Origin: a virus
Taxonomy: Duplodnaviria > Caudoviricetes
DNA: 28,377 bases
Virus record (IMG/VR): IMGVR_UViG_3300011405_000021
Span: 1 to 28,377 of that record
Direction: 5' to 3' (one strand)
Part shown: positions 24,688-28,377 of the stretch, one piece after another
How positions within the stretch are numbered: position 1 is the first letter of the stretch
Layout: every line of letters begins with the position of its first letter
Position numbers and translations under genes: made by a program
Notes under the pieces: model-generated
Databases searched by the model: none
The model's input: only the letters and a program-made list of their open reading frames with translations
Told to the model about the DNA's origin: nothing

Positions 24688-26279
24688 TGACAGATCTAGT
24701 TACATACGTAGACATACCAAATGAAGCTGATCGTACAGAGCTAGAGCGTCTGCGTAGCACGCATGAATATTATGACGTGTACAAACCTCAGTGGGAGTTT
24801 TTTGTAAACAGTTATGAAGGTGGGCCAGATGCTATTGGTAACAACATCTTCAAGCACCAAAGAGAAAACGAAGAAGACTTTTATGACCGTATCAAAAGAG
24901 CGCACTACCTAAACTACTGTGCTCTTACTGTAGACTTTTACACCAATTTTATTTTCTCGGATGTTATCGACAGAGATGGTGGTGCGGATAATATAGACTT
25001 CACCGACTTTACTTTTGACGTAAATAAACGCGGTGATAATGTTGACGCCTTTATGCAAGAGGTTTCAACCATTGGCCGCATTTACGGTCATGTGTTTGTG
25101 TTTGTAGACTCTCCCACACTGGTGCTGGAAGAGGGTGACGTGCTGTCACAATATCGCAAAGAGGAATTAGGAATACGGCCCTATTGGGTTATAGTGCCTC
25201 CAGACGAAATACTAGATTGGGATGTTGACGCTTTTGGAAATTACATTTATGTGAAGCGTCTACAAATGGAGATACGCCACGATCAGTCAACCGGTAATAA
25301 GCAGTACTTGGAAATTTACCGTGAGTGGTTCTTAGATCGAGTGGTTACTTCTGTAGTGGACGTAACTGACGAGAAACGCCCCAAGCTGGAGTCTAAAGAA
25401 GAACGTTCCGCACTGATAGATCAGCTACCTATTGTGTGTGTTACGTATAAGCCCTCAAAGAAATATCATTGTATGGGCAATAGTTTTCTACGTGACATCG
25501 CTGCAACAAATAGATCTATTCTAAATATTACATCGTTAATCGATGAATTTTTGTATCGTCAGTGTTTTAATATGTTGGCTAAGGAACAAGACACAATGTT
25601 CCCAATGCAGAACGCAAGTCAGGGCAATGCTTCAACTTCAAATGTTGTTTATTTCCCTAAGGGTGGCAAACCTCCGCAGTACATCACGCCGCCAGCCGCA
25701 CCCGCCAAGTTCTTACAGGAAGAACGTCAGAGTAACATCAATGAAATATTCAGACAAGCGGTGCAGGATCTGCGTAGTGATTTAGCCAACGGCGAGAAAT
25801 CCTCTGGGTTTTCGCAGTCAGTGTCCTTCTCCCGCACAGTGCCTTTTATTTCAACGTGGGCACAGCGTTTAGAGGACGCAGAAAATCTACTCTTCACAAT
25901 CACGTGGAAGTTTAAAGACAAAGAGTGGGACGGCAAGATCAAGTATAAGGATCATTATGAGTTAACCAACCTCGTTGACTCTATGACGAACTTGTTGATG
26001 TTGTTCAAAGACTTGGCGTTGCCTTCAGAGACATTCGCTAAAGCAGAGCTTAAGAGATTAGTTAAAGAACACGACGGCAAGCTGTCTGTGGAAGATCAAG
26101 CCAAAGTCATGAAGGAAATTGAAGCCCTGAACTTTGACGAGTGGCATGCAGAAGTACGATCAGGTGGTACGTCTCCCGCCGAGCAGCAACAAGCCAAACA
26201 GACGGGTACTATGGCTGAAGTTAAAAAAGAGGCTGTTAAAAAGAAAGTAGGACCTAATACTAAATTGAGGCAATCATAA
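24687..26279 (+). CDS. portal protein
   Basis: 530 aa; H..Y.....W.....YEGG, RE...F..R..RA.Y.NY, DV..RG...D.FM, YGHVFVFVD and RPYW.....I.DW motifs; lies upstream of scaffold and capsid. Confidence 0.88.
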   Translation: MTDLVTYVDIPNEADRTELERLRSTHEYYDVYKPQWEFFVNSYEGGPDAIGNNIFKHQRENEEDFYDRIKRAHYLNYCALTVDFYTNFIFSDVIDRDGGADNIDFTDFTFDVNKRGDNVDAFMQEVSTIGRIYGHVFVFVDSPTLVLEEGDVLSQYRKEELGIRPYWVIVPPDEILDWDVDAFGNYIYVKRLQMEIRHDQSTGNKQYLEIYREWFLDRVVTSVVDVTDEKRPKLESKEERSALIDQLPIVCVTYKPSKKYHCMGNSFLRDIAATNRSILNITSLIDEFLYRQCFNMLAKEQDTMFPMQNASQGNASTSNVVYFPKGGKPPQYITPPAAPAKFLQEERQSNINEIFRQAVQDLRSDLANGEKSSGFSQSVSFSRTVPFISTWAQRLEDAENLLFTITWKFKDKEWDGKIKYKDHYELTNLVDSMTNLLMLFKDLALPSETFAKAELKRLVKEHDGKLSVEDQAKVMKEIEALNFDEWHAEVRSGGTSPAEQQQAKQTGTMAEVKKEAVKKKVGPNTKLRQS

Positions 26280-26280
26280 C

Positions 26281-26496
26281 ATGGAACCAGTAAAAGATAA
26301 GGATGTAGGTAAGTTGTACAAGTCAACAACCAATCGTGGCGGTGGTGGACCGGCAGTGGGCGAAAAGCCTGAAGTGCCTGGAGACATTACCAAGATGGGT
26401 AAGGTTGTAGGTACTTTGGGAAGCTCTATGGCATTGAAGTCTAAAAAGAAGCTAGCCGCAGTATCGAATCCAGATGGGCAGAATTCCCGCTCATAA
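26281..26496 (+). CDS. small basic Gly/Lys-rich hypothetical protein
   Basis: GAGG RBS; 71 aa, between portal and scaffold. Confidence 0.6.
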   Translation: MEPVKDKDVGKLYKSTTNRGGGGPAVGEKPEVPGDITKMGKVVGTLGSSMALKSKKKLAAVSNPDGQNSRS

Positions 26497-26547
26497 CGTT
26501 ACTAGTTCGTTTTAACTAGGTTAATAATTAACTAAGGAGTTTTACAC

Positions 26548-27351
26548 ATGGCAACGGATGCGACAAATCCGGCGTTGGACCCTACGTCTGATGACGGTGA
26601 CCAGAATAACAAATTAACCCCAGCACAGCAGAAGTTATTTGATGAGAAGTTGGCTGAGCGTCTTAAACGACATCAAAAGGACCTGCAGGCACAGAACAAA
26701 GATTTAGCGGATCAGTTAGCGGCTAAAGAAACAGAGCTTGCCGAAGCAAAAGCAACCGCAACAGTGGCACCCAAAAATTCACAGCAGTCCAAGGATGCCT
26801 CTGAAGAAGCAATTATTCTAAAGAACGAAGTTGAAGAGCTTAGAAAAGCTAACAAGATTGTTCAAGCTGACAGAGATGCTATCAAGAAACAAGCAGAACA
26901 AGCTCAGCAGACTGTACTAGCTAAAGAAGAAGAAATGATACGTATCCGTAAGCGGAACGTCATGACTGAGGCAATCAGCAAATACAAATTCATTAATCCT
27001 AAAGATGTTTTGCGATTGACTGAAGATTTCGTGAAGTACGACAAGGACCTAGATGACTTCGTTGTTGTAAACGAAGCCGGTGGAGCACGAGTTAATTCCA
27101 CTACAGATCCTATGAGTTTGTCGGAGCTGTATCTTGAGTTTGGTACGCTTAACAAGCATCATGTTCAAGCTGACGCTGTGGCAGGATTTGGATCAAGCGA
27201 ATCAAGATCTAAACTGAACACAAAGGGTTGGGCACTAGAAGACGTATTTGGTAAAAACTCTGACATCAACAAAGCTAACGAATTGTTTAACAAAGACAGA
27301 GCTAAGTATGATGCGATGAGAAAAGAGGCCAAAGAGAAGAAGTTGATTTAA
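26548..27351 (+). CDS. capsid scaffolding protein
   Basis: AAGGAG RBS; acidic N-terminus, long charged coiled coil; immediately precedes the capsid gene. Confidence 0.8.
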   Translation: MATDATNPALDPTSDDGDQNNKLTPAQQKLFDEKLAERLKRHQKDLQAQNKDLADQLAAKETELAEAKATATVAPKNSQQSKDASEEAIILKNEVEELRKANKIVQADRDAIKKQAEQAQQTVLAKEEEMIRIRKRNVMTEAISKYKFINPKDVLRLTEDFVKYDKDLDDFVVVNEAGGARVNSTTDPMSLSELYLEFGTLNKHHVQADAVAGFGSSESRSKLNTKGWALEDVFGKNSDINKANELFNKDRAKYDAMRKEAKEKKLI

Positions 27352-27431
27352 AGTTTTTAATTAACACTGGAGGAGAAGTCCGTATTACTCCGTACGAGTA
27401 TTTTTATATCTAGGAGATTTAATAACATAAC

Positions 27432-28355
27432 ATGGCATTAACACAAATTGCTAATATCATCAATCCAGAGGTACTTGCCGACCAGGTGTCCGCAAAGTTC
27501 CCGGATCAGTTGGTGTTGGGAAACACCAACCTTGTACGAGTAAACGGAGAATTCCCTCTGGGAAGTCCCGGTACTATTTTTAAGATTCCTGCTTGGAACC
27601 GCATGACTGGGTTTTCGGACCTAACAGAAGGTGTGGCTCTAACACCCAACAACATTACCACACATAGCGAAACTGCTACTGTTGTACGAGGTGGAGGAAG
27701 TTGGGAGGTAGCTGACACAGCAACATTGGTGTCAAAGGCATCGCCCGTCGATGAGATCGCTTCGCAGATCGCACGTCGTGCAGCTGAGTACATTGATGCA
27801 AAGCTTGTCGGACAGCTGGATCTGACCCCAAACAACTTTGATCAGAACTTGGCCGCTGATCAGACAAACACTGCTGGTAAATTGGACCATAACGCAATCA
27901 TCAAAGCTATGACTCGTGAGCTTGGTGACAACCACTCAAAACTATTGCAGGGCGGGTGGATCATCATGCACTCAAAGGTATACGGCGATCTGTTGCAGAC
28001 TGGTGCAGTTCAGAACCAGTATCAGATTGGAAAGTCTGGCAATGACAACGTAATCGTGGGCGCAGTACTACCTATGATTGCTGGTTTGAAGATCCACGTC
28101 TCTGACTTGGTAACTTCCAACACTGTGTCATCTGTCCAGCAGTACAAAACATACTTGGTGGCTCCTGATGCACTAGGTTTGTTCTACCAGCGTGAAGTGC
28201 AGGTTGAATTCGACCGTGATACGTTGAAGTTCTCTGACGTTATCTCAGCGTCGGTTCACTTTGCTCCACATTTGTATGGTTACTCTGACGCAACATCGTC
28301 TATCGTTGCTCAGGATGATAAAAGTATTTTAGTTGTGAGGATAAATACCCAGTAA
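27432..28355 (+). CDS. major capsid protein (HK97 fold, N4-gp56-like)
   Basis: T.IANIINPEVLAD.V, G.PG....IP.W, LTEG..L, MHS.VY.DL, G..I.VSD and VEFDRD motifs; AGGAG RBS. Confidence 0.92.
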   Translation: MALTQIANIINPEVLADQVSAKFPDQLVLGNTNLVRVNGEFPLGSPGTIFKIPAWNRMTGFSDLTEGVALTPNNITTHSETATVVRGGGSWEVADTATLVSKASPVDEIASQIARRAAEYIDAKLVGQLDLTPNNFDQNLAADQTNTAGKLDHNAIIKAMTRELGDNHSKLLQGGWIIMHSKVYGDLLQTGAVQNQYQIGKSGNDNVIVGAVLPMIAGLKIHVSDLVTSNTVSSVQQYKTYLVAPDALGLFYQREVQVEFDRDTLKFSDVISASVHFAPHLYGYSDATSSIVAQDDKSILVVRINTQ

Positions 28356-28377
28356 TCAACAACTTACAAGAAGTTGA

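Noticed and set aside
27386-27405. Hairpin TACTC-CGTAC-GAGTA plus T-run between scaffold and capsid as a terminator
   Set aside because: The 5-bp AT-rich stem is too weak to call; it could equally be a processing or stabilising element.
1-28377. Stop-codon reassignment (alternative genetic code)
   Set aside because: TerL, portal, capsid and the fibre are intact under code 11, and TAA, TAG and TGA all end genes at sensible boundaries.

Overview
This window is a fragment of a tailed dsDNA phage genome (Caudoviricetes; free phage or prophage cannot be decided, and no integrase or host housekeeping genes are visible). Positions 1-2242 hold a leftward run of small accessory genes (DUF4326, a nucleoside 2-deoxyribosyltransferase-like gene, Cys-rich ORFs). 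A divergent sigma70-type promoter region and an XRE/Cro-like HTH gene follow. From 2419 to the end everything reads rightward: a vWA protein, a degenerate HNH-like gene, a candidate structured ncRNA, a tRNA-Ser(UGA) with an apparent 8/4 fold, a truncated and catalytically incomplete copy of the terminase ATPase, then TerS and TerL. About 17.7 kb separates TerL from portal, scaffold and major capsid protein. That interval carries three glycosyltransferase-like genes, a JAB/MPN protease, tRNA-Pro, a beta-helix protein, an 1839-aa Ser/Ala-rich heptad-repeat fibre, and a four-domain Maf/MptE-like + SAM-methyltransferase + FkbM + 2OG-Fe(II) oxygenase fusion. The best candidate for a novel system is a phage-encoded pathway that O-glycosylates a giant serine-rich virion fibre and tailors the glycan. 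All family calls come from motif recognition by eye; no searches were run.
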